A DNA stretch of 32,000 bases from Candidatus Saccharimonadota bacterium (GCF_002214165.1 NZ_CP019964.1:720001-752000), one strand, 5' to 3'; shown: positions 9,353-18,339, counted from the first letter of the stretch. Notes: generated by a model not told the origin, from the sequence alone. Made by a program: numbers and translations.

Positions 9353-11095
9353 TTACACATTTTTCTGTTTTTTCAGTATTTCGCGCAACTTGTTCAAAGG
9401 GAGGGAATTTGCAACCCTTTCTTTTGTGAGCCATCCTCTCCTGGCCGTTCCCACTCCATATCTCATGAAGTCCATATGGATAGTGCTATGCGCATCGGTA
9501 TTTACTGAGTATATTACTGGATATTTGGAGGTCAAAAGTATGTTTGTATCGTTAAGGTCAAGTCTTTGGGGCGATGCGTTTATCTCAAGCATCGTGCGCA
9601 TGTCCGCACATGCTTCTGCGACTTTTGGCAGGTTGACTGGATAAGGCTCTCGCTCGTTGATCAGCCTGCCTGTTGGATGGGCCAGGACATTGACTTGGTT
9701 GGATCCTATCGCCTTCACTATCCTGCTCGTCATCTGTTCTTCGGTCATATTCGTAGAAGAATGCACTGCCGCTACAACACAGTCCATTGATTCCAGAGTT
9801 TTGTCTAGGAGGTCAAGTGAACCATCCTTTAGTATATCAACTTCTGCGCCTTTCAATATTGTGAGCTTTCCTTTTAGCCTGTCATTTAACTCATCCACCT
9901 TTGAGAAGTATTCTTCAAATTGCTTGTCGTCCATCCCATGTGCTACTTTAAGGCTTTTCGTGTGGTTAGTTGTAGCTATATATTCATACCCTTTGCGCAT
10001 GGCATAATCCGCCATTTGCTCCATCGTATTTATTCCATCTGTCTCCTTGGTGTGGGTGTGCAAATCCCCTTTTATGTCCTTGAGCTCTAAAAGGTCTGGT
10101 ATCTGACCCTTCTCCGCAAGCTCAATCTCTCCGCGATTCTCCCTCATCTCTGGGGGGATGTAGCTCATGCCCAACTTTTCGTATATGTCTTTTTCGTTCA
10201 GCTTTGATATCAGTTGGTCGGACCTGCCAAAAAGGCCATACTCGTTGAGCTTGTATCCTTTTCTAACAGCGATGGTCCTCACTTTTATGTTGTGGTCCCT
10301 GCTGCCTGTAAAATACTGCAGAGCAGCACCAAAGCTATCAGGATCTATTACGCGCAGGTCGCAGGTAGTGCCTATGTTTAAGGCAACTGTTGTTTTGGTT
10401 GGCCCTTTCACTATTATAGAGGTAACATCCGCCATCTTGGAGAACAGATCCATAACCTCTGTCTTGTTATCGGATAATGCCAGTATGTCTAAGTCCCCTA
10501 AAGTTTCTCTCATCCTCCTAGTAGAGCCGGCTATAACTGCTTCTTTTACCAAATTGCTTCCTTTCAAGATGGATATTATCTTTTCTGCTTCGGGCAGTCC
10601 TTCGCTTAACAGAATGCGTCCCTTATTGGACTCTGCAAGGGTTACCCCTTTTGCTATTTCACTTTCGCTCTTCTCCCCAAATCCTTGAAGATCCTTTAGT
10701 TTATGCTTTTCCAGCGCATCCTTCAACGTCGGTATATCAGTTACGCCTAACTTTTCGTATAGCTCAATTGCCTTTTTAGGCCCTATCCCCTCTATTGAAA
10801 GCAAGGATGTGAAGTCTATTGGATATTTTTTCTTTAGTTCGTCATACTCCTTTATGTGGCCTGTTGTAAGGTATTCGCTTATCTTCTCTGCCAGACCTTT
10901 CCCTATACCTGGTAGTTCCATCAATGCTTTTATACCTCCTTGCTTATATATGTCGGATATATCCTGCTGCAAGGTGCCTATGGTCAATGCCGCCCTTTTA
11001 TAGGCTCTTGATTCAAAATTAGAAGTCGATGTCTTCTCTATGCCTATTATGTTTGACATCTCCTCAAAAATCTCTGATATCCTTTTATTTTCCAT
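9353..11095 (-). CDS. polX: Family X DNA polymerase (PolX) with C-terminal PHP phosphoesterase domain
   Basis: HhH motifs 'LPGIGKGLAEKI' and 'IEGIGPKKA', nucleotidyltransferase 'GSTRRMRETLGDLDIL', PHP start 'GDLHTHT'. Length 580 aa. Confidence 0.88.
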   Translation of the reverse strand: MENKRISEIFEEMSNIIGIEKTSTSNFESRAYKRAALTIGTLQQDISDIYKQGGIKALMELPGIGKGLAEKISEYLTTGHIKEYDELKKKYPIDFTSLLSIEGIGPKKAIELYEKLGVTDIPTLKDALEKHKLKDLQGFGEKSESEIAKGVTLAESNKGRILLSEGLPEAEKIISILKGSNLVKEAVIAGSTRRMRETLGDLDILALSDNKTEVMDLFSKMADVTSIIVKGPTKTTVALNIGTTCDLRVIDPDSFGAALQYFTGSRDHNIKVRTIAVRKGYKLNEYGLFGRSDQLISKLNEKDIYEKLGMSYIPPEMRENRGEIELAEKGQIPDLLELKDIKGDLHTHTKETDGINTMEQMADYAMRKGYEYIATTNHTKSLKVAHGMDDKQFEEYFSKVDELNDRLKGKLTILKGAEVDILKDGSLDLLDKTLESMDCVVAAVHSSTNMTEEQMTSRIVKAIGSNQVNVLAHPTGRLINEREPYPVNLPKVAEACADMRTMLEINASPQRLDLNDTNILLTSKYPVIYSVNTDAHSTIHMDFMRYGVGTARRGWLTKERVANSLPLNKLREILKKQKNV

Positions 11096-11191
11096 AATAC
11101 TAATTCGAACGAAAAATTTAACTAATATTTTATTGGATTAAATTTTACTCTTAATCGTTTATATTTAAATATGTAAATTTATAAAATTCCA

Positions 11192-11782
11192 ATGAGTGAA
11201 TCTATGAATGATGAAGATCTTGACTATCTAAGCAGAGTCAATAAGCTTTACTCATTCATAATTAAAAAATATCAGGATTATATTGAAAAATCCGAAACGC
11301 GGTCAATCGCTGACATGCCCAGGCTGATAACCCCTGAAAGCGAAAGGGTGTCGGATATTGCGAGCTTTATAAAAAGCAAGTTTCCTTCCTATTTATATGA
11401 AAACGACTTTTATGGGGCAAGCATACAGGCCCTTGAGTACTTGAAGAGCAATATTAAGGAAGTTGCCATGCCAGTGCAGTTTTGGCTGAAGCCGGATGAT
11501 GTAATCAATGTCGGCTTGGGTGAGGATATAGATAAAAACGTGCTGCTTTGCAGCCTTCTCGTTGCTTTGGGCAACTACTCCTCAAAGGTGCTTGTTGTAT
11601 CCAATGATAACAGGAAAGAGGTTTTTGTATACTACGAGTTCAATTACAGGTTCTTTTTAATAGATATTAAAGGGAAGATTGAGCTATTTGACTCTAACAA
11701 GGACCTTTTTAGCTATGCAGGAATAGATGACAACTCTGAAGCCTATGAATTCAATAACCTATCTTACTTCAAGATAGTCTAA
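11192..11782 (+). CDS. Hypothetical protein (weak transglutaminase-like / cysteine-protease-fold resemblance)
   Basis: 196-aa ORF. A TATA-like 'TTTATATTTAAATA' lies about 25-35 nt upstream. The fold resemblance ('NVLLCSLLVALGNYSSKVLVV') is weak. Confidence 0.4.
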   Translation: MSESMNDEDLDYLSRVNKLYSFIIKKYQDYIEKSETRSIADMPRLITPESERVSDIASFIKSKFPSYLYENDFYGASIQALEYLKSNIKEVAMPVQFWLKPDDVINVGLGEDIDKNVLLCSLLVALGNYSSKVLVVSNDNRKEVFVYYEFNYRFFLIDIKGKIELFDSNKDLFSYAGIDDNSEAYEFNNLSYFKIV

Positions 11783-11802
11783 TGGCGCCTAAGAAGGCAG
11801 AA

Positions 11803-11925
11803 TCAGTATTTCGCTTTTACCTTTTTCATCCTTTTCCTGCTTTCCTTCCTAAGCTTTGCACGCTTCTTTGATCTATAGTAGGATTTGCCAATTTTTCTGT
11901 TTGATTCTGGTATTGTTTTCTGCAT
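11803..11925 (-). CDS. Unlisted 40-aa highly basic small protein (MQKTIPESNRKIGKSYYRSKKRAKLRKESRKRMKKVKAKY)
   Basis: Translated by hand; it is below the ORF-track size cutoff. It runs from ATG to TGA, fills an otherwise empty 230-nt gap, and has an AT-rich TATA-like tract upstream. About half its residues are K/R, like small ribosomal or RNA-binding proteins. Confidence 0.4.
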   Translation of the reverse strand: MQKTIPESNRKIGKSYYRSKKRAKLRKESRKRMKKVKAKY

Positions 11926-11976
11926 GTTAACCACTCACTTTTATCAATAATATATTTTATCTAAACACTTAAAATA

Positions 11977-11999
11977 GTTGCGTTGACAATTCACGCAAC
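11977..11999 (-). terminator. Hairpin plus T-tract downstream of hsp20
   Basis: GTTGCGT-(9 nt)-ACGCAAC gives a perfect 7-bp stem 13 nt after the hsp20 stop. On the minus strand it is followed by TATTTT. Confidence 0.3.
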
Positions 12000-12011
12000 T
12001 TGGATTTGGAT

Positions 12012-12689
12012 TTACCCTATTTTTATCTGGGCTTTTGCCGGCCTTTTCCTTTCGTTTTCGGAAATCTCCATCTCCAGTACCCCATTCTTGTAAGTCGAGA
12101 TTATTTTTTCCGGGCTTATCAAAAATGGCAGGTTTATTTCCTTGTGGAACTTTACCTTTTCGGTATCAACATCAAATGATATCTCTGATCCGTCTACATA
12201 TATATTTATGTCTGAGCTGCTCACGTTTTTCATATCCGCAACAATCGAGACGCCCTTAGGCTTCGACAGAACATCGAATATTGGCTCATTATTTGAGTAT
12301 GTTGGATTATATGGATCTAATGTAATTTCGTGAGGGTAATCAGGCACATTCGCTTCTCCATTGTTGAATGTCAGCTTGCTTGAGTTAACCGCCCCGTGCT
12401 TATTGTCTTTATGGTCCATGTCATCATGATTCTTAATCTCCACCCTTATTTTAAGCTCTGGGAGGCCGGGATTTATGTCTTTTTCCTCTTCTGCTGCGAA
12501 TAGGTATCTGAACTCGTTTATGATATTGTTGAGCGTATCCGGATTCTCCTTTATCATGTCTTTTAAGGCATTAAGGTATTCAGGGTTTGACTTTAGCATT
12601 TCATTGAGGGTTTTAATAAGATCATTTAAAGAATCTGGATTGTTTAGGTCTATTGACCAACTTTTCTTTTTGGGCATCGCCATCACCAC
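12012..12689 (-). CDS. Small heat-shock protein (Hsp20/alpha-crystallin family) with extended repeat-containing N-terminus
   Basis: C-terminal alpha-crystallin domain pattern 'FDVLSKPKGVSIVADM..V...DINIYVDG.EISF...' ending 'STYKNGVLEMEI'. The N-terminus has three 'NP(D/E)xLNxL' motifs. Confidence 0.8.
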   Translation of the reverse strand: MVMAMPKKKSWSIDLNNPDSLNDLIKTLNEMLKSNPEYLNALKDMIKENPDTLNNIINEFRYLFAAEEEKDINPGLPELKIRVEIKNHDDMDHKDNKHGAVNSSKLTFNNGEANVPDYPHEITLDPYNPTYSNNEPIFDVLSKPKGVSIVADMKNVSSSDINIYVDGSEISFDVDTEKVKFHKEINLPFLISPEKIISTYKNGVLEMEISENERKRPAKAQIKIG

Positions 12690-12781
12690 ATTAGGTTATT
12701 ATTTGGTGATATATAAATAACTTTCCACAACAGGTTTGTAAGGGCATACCTATAGTATTTTTGCTTAGAACTGTACTGGCT

Positions 12782-13831
12782 CTACATCCAGTTGCTTATT
12801 CCTTTCTGGTTTAAAGACCCCTTTGCTTTAGAGAGCAATTCTGCATATCTCCTGATCCTATCCTCTGAGAATTCGTGTTTCCTGCACATGAAATCAACTA
12901 TTCCACCGACATCGGGTTTTAGTGAATTCAGATTGCTTATATCTAAATCACTCAATTCCTTCACTTCTGGGTTCAGGAACAGGTTTTCAACTTCATTGAC
13001 ATCAAATTCAAATTCTAGCTTATACTTTGACTTGATATATTCTATTACTTGGTCTAGTGATTCGCATTGCTTGACTATCTTCACTGCCGTCTTTGGACCA
13101 ATGCCTTTTATCCCTTTGTTGAAGTCCGTGCCAAGCATTATCCCTACCCATATTAGCTGCCTCCTGCTTATACCTATGGAGCTTAGTGTTTCGTCAAGAT
13201 TTACAAGCTCGGTATTCACGTTTATGTAGATGTTCTTCTTTGGCAGCTTCCTTTTGCCTGATATCGCTATGTTCCTGACTATGTTCCTGGCACCGAAAAG
13301 CAATGTGTCATAATCTTGGCTTACTGCGGAGAATACCAGACCTTTCATGGATAGGTAGCTCGCTTCTGCTTCTCCTTCGCTCGGTGCATTTATGTAGCCT
13401 ATGCCCATCAGGCTTAAAAGCTCCTTTGAAGATGCTACTATCTCCTTGTTTATCCTGGTACTTCTCTCAGCATAGGAATGTGCTTCTTCCACATTTCCTT
13501 TCTCTACCGCCTCCTGCCATGCTTTATATGCCTCGTTCCTTTTCTGGATCCTTGCCTCTATTGTTTTCTGCTTTAGCATTGATGGTATCCCATCGTAAAC
13601 GTATATCGGTTTTATTCCGTGCTGTATAAGCTCTATCGTGCGGTAGAATAGCCCTGAAAGGTGGCTTGTCACATTGCCATTGGAGTCGGCCAACGGGGTG
13701 CCGTCCGGCTGCCTTATTATGGATAAGAACTGGTAGATTGTATTGTATGCATCAATGGCTACGGTCCTGTCCTTCAAGTCGTCTAGGTTTATAACCTTCT
13801 TTACAATCAACTTGCTTAGATCAACTGACAT
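12782..13831 (-). CDS. fen: Flap endonuclease 1 (FEN1)
   Basis: N-terminus 'VAIDAYNTIYQFLS', XPG-I 'PSEGEAEASYL', 'SQDYDTLLFGA', H3TH 'GIKGIGPKTA'. Length 349 aa. Confidence 0.93.
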   Translation of the reverse strand: MSVDLSKLIVKKVINLDDLKDRTVAIDAYNTIYQFLSIIRQPDGTPLADSNGNVTSHLSGLFYRTIELIQHGIKPIYVYDGIPSMLKQKTIEARIQKRNEAYKAWQEAVEKGNVEEAHSYAERSTRINKEIVASSKELLSLMGIGYINAPSEGEAEASYLSMKGLVFSAVSQDYDTLLFGARNIVRNIAISGKRKLPKKNIYINVNTELVNLDETLSSIGISRRQLIWVGIMLGTDFNKGIKGIGPKTAVKIVKQCESLDQVIEYIKSKYKLEFEFDVNEVENLFLNPEVKELSDLDISNLNSLKPDVGGIVDFMCRKHEFSEDRIRRYAELLSKAKGSLNQKGISNWM

Positions 13832-13846
13832 TCAAACCGCTTGCTT

Positions 13847-14332
13847 TCAATCTTTCTTTTTTATGTAGTCTTCCAATGTCGACGCCTTTGACTTTGGCAG
13901 TGCTACTTTTTCTATTTTGGCACGCTTTGACATTGTGAGCTTTATTCCAAGCGTCTTCTCAAGCTTGCCTACCAATTCCTGTGGAGGTGTTGTTTTATCT
14001 TCTATAACCCTCTTTAGATAGCTCTCCTGCTCGCTTATCATCTCAGCCAGTACCTTCAATGGCAGCTTCTCCCTTTCCAATGCCTGCCTTATTTTCTCAC
14101 CGTAATTATCTACAAGCTCGATATCGTCTTCGGCAGGCTGCTCTCTCTTATAGTCTGATGCAAAATACGAAGGCTTTGGGGATTTTGGGATGTCAAGCTG
14201 CTCCTTTCCTATTATTTTCTTTCCTGCTGCACACTTGGAGCAAACTCTTAAACTTACGCCTTCAACTTCTATCGTGTATACTATATCTGATATAGGCTTG
14301 CCGCATAGTTCACATTCTTCCATTTTATCCAC
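13847..14332 (-). CDS. mbf1: Archaeal multiprotein bridging factor 1 (aMBF1): zinc ribbon plus HTH
   Basis: N-terminal 'CELCGKPI...CSKCA' zinc ribbon and a C-terminal Cro/C1-type HTH region ('LKVLAEMISEQESYLKRVIEDKTTP'). It lies 15 nt upstream of fen, so co-transcription is probable. Confidence 0.8.
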   Translation of the reverse strand: MDKMEECELCGKPISDIVYTIEVEGVSLRVCSKCAAGKKIIGKEQLDIPKSPKPSYFASDYKREQPAEDDIELVDNYGEKIRQALEREKLPLKVLAEMISEQESYLKRVIEDKTTPPQELVGKLEKTLGIKLTMSKRAKIEKVALPKSKASTLEDYIKKKD

Positions 14333-14412
14333 CAGCTTAACTGCTTATGGATATTATTTGCTTTTAGATTATATAAACCTATTTGTGGACGTTTAAAGAA
14401 TCAGGGTATAAT

Positions 14413-15435
14413 TTATATGCTATAGAGATTGGATAGGAATTCTGAGCTAGCTGGCTTGCTTTTATTGGCTGAAGGGTCGTACAATTTAGGCTTTACACCA
14501 GTTATTACGGAAACCACTTTGACCTGATCTCCAAGATCATTGGACAGTCTGGCGCCGAATATGACATTTGCCTTGTTGTCCATTCCTTCTGTCACTCCCT
14601 CTCCTAATCTGGTGGCATCCGCTATTGTAAGGTCCGGGCCTCCAGTTACATGCACCAAGGCACTCCTTGCGTTCTCCAATTCTGCATTGAGAAGAGGATG
14701 CTCTTTGTTGGAACGAATCGCTTTTTCAACCCTGTCTACACCTGAGCCGTAACCTATGCTTATCAATGCTGTACCACTATTTCCAAGAACGCTTTTTAAG
14801 TCGGCGAAATCGAGATTTATAAGGCTTGGCAGGCTTATCGTATCCGTTATGCCTTTTACTGAATTCAATATTACATTATCCACTATGCCAAGTGCTTTGT
14901 CAATTGGAAGGTTTGGGGCATAGCTCAACAGCTTCTCATTCTCAATTATTATCGTTGAATCTGAATTCTTGGAGAGCTTTTCTATTGACGCATCCGCACT
15001 TATTCTCCTGCTCCTTTCTAAGTGGAACGGGTAGGTGACAAAGGAAACTACAAGCGAACCTTGTTCTTTGCCTAATTTTGCCAGATATGGTATTGTCCCG
15101 CTTCCGGTTCCACCTCCCATTCCCGCAATCAAAAACAGTATATCGTACCCCTTTATCGCTGATCTTACCTCGTCTTCGCTTGATTCGGCAGCTTTCAGTG
15201 CTACTTCAGGGAACCCGCCTGCACCCAATCCGCGGGTTATGCTCTTGCCCAAGAGCAGCTTCTTCTGGGCATTTATTATGCTTAGGTGCTTTATGTCCGT
15301 ATTCATTGCTATCGTATCCGCGCTCTTGATGCCTGCATTGAATAGATGGTTGATTGCATTGCTGCCCATCCCTCCAAGACCTACGATTCCTATCTTGGCT
15401 GAAAGGTCATCAATTCTATCATCTGCAGGCATCAA
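14413..15435 (-). CDS. ftsZ: FtsZ paralog (downstream copy, 340 aa)
   Basis: 'GLGGMGSNAINHL', 'GKSITRGLGAGGFPE', tubulin signature 'GMGGGTGSGTIP'. The SD-like AAGGTGA lies 7 nt before the ATG. Confidence 0.9.
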   Translation of the reverse strand: MMPADDRIDDLSAKIGIVGLGGMGSNAINHLFNAGIKSADTIAMNTDIKHLSIINAQKKLLLGKSITRGLGAGGFPEVALKAAESSEDEVRSAIKGYDILFLIAGMGGGTGSGTIPYLAKLGKEQGSLVVSFVTYPFHLERSRRISADASIEKLSKNSDSTIIIENEKLLSYAPNLPIDKALGIVDNVILNSVKGITDTISLPSLINLDFADLKSVLGNSGTALISIGYGSGVDRVEKAIRSNKEHPLLNAELENARSALVHVTGGPDLTIADATRLGEGVTEGMDNKANVIFGARLSNDLGDQVKVVSVITGVKPKLYDPSANKSKPASSEFLSNLYSI

Positions 15436-15446
15436 AGTTCACCTTT

Positions 15447-16541
15447 TCATCCTATCATTTCCAGGTCGGAGTAAGGGTCGCTTGCAGATTCTCTCTGCTT
15501 TGTATCAAGCTTCCCTATTATGCTGGAACCCTTGACTCCCGTAACTATTGCGACAATTTCTATTCCATCATCAAATCCTGGAATTATCCTTGCGCCGAAC
15601 TTTACGTTTGCCTTAGGATCCATCCTCTCGGTTATTATCTCTCCAGCCTTTGTAGCATCTCCCAATGATAGCGAAGATCCGCCAGATACGTGTATTATTG
15701 CACCTCCTGCGCCTTCAAAGTCTACGTCAAGAAGCTTGTTCTTCAGTACGCTCTCTGCAGCGAGATTCACCTTGTCCGTGCCTCTTCCTGTTCCTATTGC
15801 TATGAAGCCTACATCGCCATGGCCCATTATAGATCTTACATCTGCAAAGTCTATGTTTATCATGCTTGGCTGTGTTATGGTCCATACCAGTCCTCCTATC
15901 GCTTTTGCTATTACCTCATCCGCCAATGCAAAAGCCTTATCCATAGGCAGATTTGGGACAAGCTGCACTAACCTGTTGTTGTCCAGTATTATGACGCTGT
16001 CGCTGTATTTCCTAAGCTCCTGGATTCCTTCTTCAGCCTTTACTTTCCTTACTCTTTCAAGATTGAAAGGATAAGTGACCATTGATATTACAATTGCCCC
16101 CTGGTCCTTTGCTATCTGTGCAGCTACTGGAAGTGCACCTGTAGCGGTTCCTCCTCCCATTCCTCCGCACAGGAATACCAACTGCGCATCCTGGAATTCC
16201 TTTTCTATCAAGGACCTATCGACTTCTGCAGCCTTCTTTCCTACTGCTGGATCACCGCCTGCACCCAATCCGCGGGTTATGCTCTTGCCTATCATTACCT
16301 TTCTAATGCGGTCATCAATTATCTTAAAATGCTGAGAATCTGTATTGAATGATACAAATTCAGTGCCTTTAACTCCAGCTTTTATAAGCCTGTTTACACT
16401 GTTTGCACCTCCTCCACCAAACCCTGCAGTAACAATCTTTATCTCTGAAGAACTGAATTCATCAGAAACTGCACCCTTATCTGCATTGTCGTCTCCCACA
16501 CTTGCGTTCCCACCTAGAAGGTCACTTACCAAATCTGTCAT
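15447..16541 (-). CDS. ftsZ: FtsZ paralog (upstream copy, 364 aa)
   Basis: 'GFGGGGANSVNRL', 'GKSITRGLGAGGDPA', 'GMGGGTATGALP'. There is an 11-nt gap to the downstream paralog. Confidence 0.92.
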   Translation of the reverse strand: MTDLVSDLLGGNASVGDDNADKGAVSDEFSSSEIKIVTAGFGGGGANSVNRLIKAGVKGTEFVSFNTDSQHFKIIDDRIRKVMIGKSITRGLGAGGDPAVGKKAAEVDRSLIEKEFQDAQLVFLCGGMGGGTATGALPVAAQIAKDQGAIVISMVTYPFNLERVRKVKAEEGIQELRKYSDSVIILDNNRLVQLVPNLPMDKAFALADEVIAKAIGGLVWTITQPSMINIDFADVRSIMGHGDVGFIAIGTGRGTDKVNLAAESVLKNKLLDVDFEGAGGAIIHVSGGSSLSLGDATKAGEIITERMDPKANVKFGARIIPGFDDGIEIVAIVTGVKGSSIIGKLDTKQRESASDPYSDLEMIG

Positions 16542-16646
16542 TTTATCGCCAGATTAAAATGTGATAGATAGATATTAAAATCTTTACTCTTTCACATTAT
16601 ACTAAACAATTAGGTTTTTATCTCGTGGATCAAAATTTCTTGATAG

Positions 16647-17288
16647 TTACTTTGGAATTTTGAATGAATTAATTATATAACCAGATTTATTCATAACGAC
16701 AATAAGATTGTAGTTGGACAGGTTTGAGCTGTAATTGAGCAGCCAAATGTTCCGGTAATATGCCTTAGGCTGCGTTAAGTTTAGGTTGCTATAGAACTTC
16801 GCAGACGCCGTTATGTTTTTTAAGCCGTAATCTGTTATGTAGCTGTTGAGGTCTGACGTGTTTTCTATATAGGCGCATGTTAATGCCACAGGGCCCATCG
16901 TTATATCGGAATATGGTGTTTCACAGGTTTGATTTCCATATATGGAGCAATCGCTTGAGTAAACGCTTATCACTGTGGGCACCAAAGTGACAGCTGGATA
17001 GTTGTAAGACTCTATCTCTAGGGTAGGGCATACGGAATTTGAGTAGTTTATCAGCCTTAATGTTATATCCCAGCTATCATTCGCAAGCTTTGATTTTGTT
17101 ATGTTCATTATCGTGATATTGGAATTGGGATTTTCCAGCTTAATGTCCTTTGTCACAATCGATAGGGCTTCATTCTCTGTAATATAATTGGGTTTTACCT
17201 TGACAAAATAGCTGTGTACTATGAATATTATTGCAATCACCGCTATCAGTATAATAGCCATGACCATTACTTTGAGAATTATGTCCAT
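16647..17288 (-). CDS. N-terminally membrane-anchored extracellular protein, sequon-rich, function unknown
   Basis: A single N-terminal TM helix ('VMVMAIILIAVIAIIFIV') is followed by a Cys-containing region with more than 10 N-x-S/T sequons. Confidence 0.55.
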   Translation of the reverse strand: MDIILKVMVMAIILIAVIAIIFIVHSYFVKVKPNYITENEALSIVTKDIKLENPNSNITIMNITKSKLANDSWDITLRLINYSNSVCPTLEIESYNYPAVTLVPTVISVYSSDCSIYGNQTCETPYSDITMGPVALTCAYIENTSDLNSYITDYGLKNITASAKFYSNLNLTQPKAYYRNIWLLNYSSNLSNYNLIVVMNKSGYIINSFKIPK

Positions 17289-17331
17289 AATCCTATATTA
17301 GTAGATAAAATTTAAAAATTAGTTGAAATTA

Positions 17332-17802
17332 TCAACCGAATAGGAATCCCACTCCAGCATTGGCATTTGATTCTTCCTCGTTCAGCCTTTTTATCACTAT
17401 TCCCCCTTTTTCGGCATCTGCACGCTTTATTGTCTTGAATTTTCTCTTGAACATGTCTTCTGCCCTGTCCAAAAATTCTTCGTTTGCTTTTATGTAAAGG
17501 TAGTATTTGTCGTCTTCAAAACCATAGTAGGAACTCTCCTTTAGCTCGCATTGCTCCCTAGCAAATATGGTATTGAGATCCTTATCTGTCTTTATTTTCT
17601 CCAATGCCTCTGCCCTTTTCTTGTTTAACTCCTCTGCCTGCTGCTTGAATTCTGGATGCTTCTCCAAGTAGTCCTCTTTGTTCCATTGCTCAGGAATAGG
17701 TGGTATAAGGGTATTGTCAAGGTAAGGATCATATGAGAGCAATTTGGACAAAGATTCGACTTCTTCCTTGTCTACCGAATACACTCTTTCAGTCATGCTC
17801 AC
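17332..17802 (-). CDS. Hypothetical acidic protein with ribosomal P-stalk-like C-terminal tail (…EEESNANAGVGFLFG)
   Basis: The start ATG overlaps the rps8e stop (ATGA, 4-nt overlap). The C-terminal 15 aa resemble the conserved archaeal aP1/aP0 tail (acidic run followed by G-x-G-x-LFG). Confidence 0.6.
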   Translation of the reverse strand: MSMTERVYSVDKEEVESLSKLLSYDPYLDNTLIPPIPEQWNKEDYLEKHPEFKQQAEELNKKRAEALEKIKTDKDLNTIFAREQCELKESSYYGFEDDKYYLYIKANEEFLDRAEDMFKRKFKTIKRADAEKGGIVIKRLNEEESNANAGVGFLFG

Positions 17803-18197
17803 TCATCCAGAAGTTTTGCGTTTATGAATCCTTCCCTTCCAGGGCGATTCAAGACTACAGCTTTTCCGACGTCTGTGTTTATTATTGTGCCTTTTGTTAT
17901 AGTATTCAGCCTAGCAAAGTTTCTGTTATCTTTGGATTCTACAACGACTTTTATCTTTGCTTTCTTGTACCCCTCTTTGGTAAGTACGTTTGCTGTTGCT
18001 GCTTTCTTCAGCTTTGATGTGATCTTTCCCCCTCTGCCCCTGTAATTGACTCTGACATCCTCTTCAGACATCTTTGTAGATATAAAATAGTTTCCTATCT
18101 CGTACCTCTTTTTGTCCCTAAACTTTACTTTGCGCTTTCCGCTGCCTGTGCGTATTGTTTTTGACTTCGAATGCATCTGCTTGCTAAGTAAACTCAT
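17799..18197 (-). CDS. rps8e: 30S ribosomal protein S8e
   Basis: Basic N-terminus 'RTGSGKRKVKFRDKKRYEIG' and C-terminus 'VLNRPGREGFINAKLL', characteristic of eS8. Confidence 0.88.
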   Translation of the reverse strand: MSLLSKQMHSKSKTIRTGSGKRKVKFRDKKRYEIGNYFISTKMSEEDVRVNYRGRGGKITSKLKKAATANVLTKEGYKKAKIKVVVESKDNRNFARLNTITKGTIINTDVGKAVVLNRPGREGFINAKLLDE

Positions 18198-18339
18198 TTT
18201 ATCACTAAATTAAGAATTTTATAAGGTAAATTCTACAGCCTGTAAAAATAATGCAATAAATGTTTTGGTGGGAAATTATAAATATCTTTCACTTAGGATA
18301 AGCTTAAATTTTAAAATGTAAATATTCTTGTGTGAATTT

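Noticed and set aside
15035-16557. Long plus-strand ORFs antisense to both ftsZ genes (for example 15035-15535, 15520-16074, 16075-16335)
   Set aside because: They are low-complexity P/S/A-rich translations produced by the antisense of Gly/Ala-rich FtsZ. The minus-strand products carry unmistakable FtsZ motifs.
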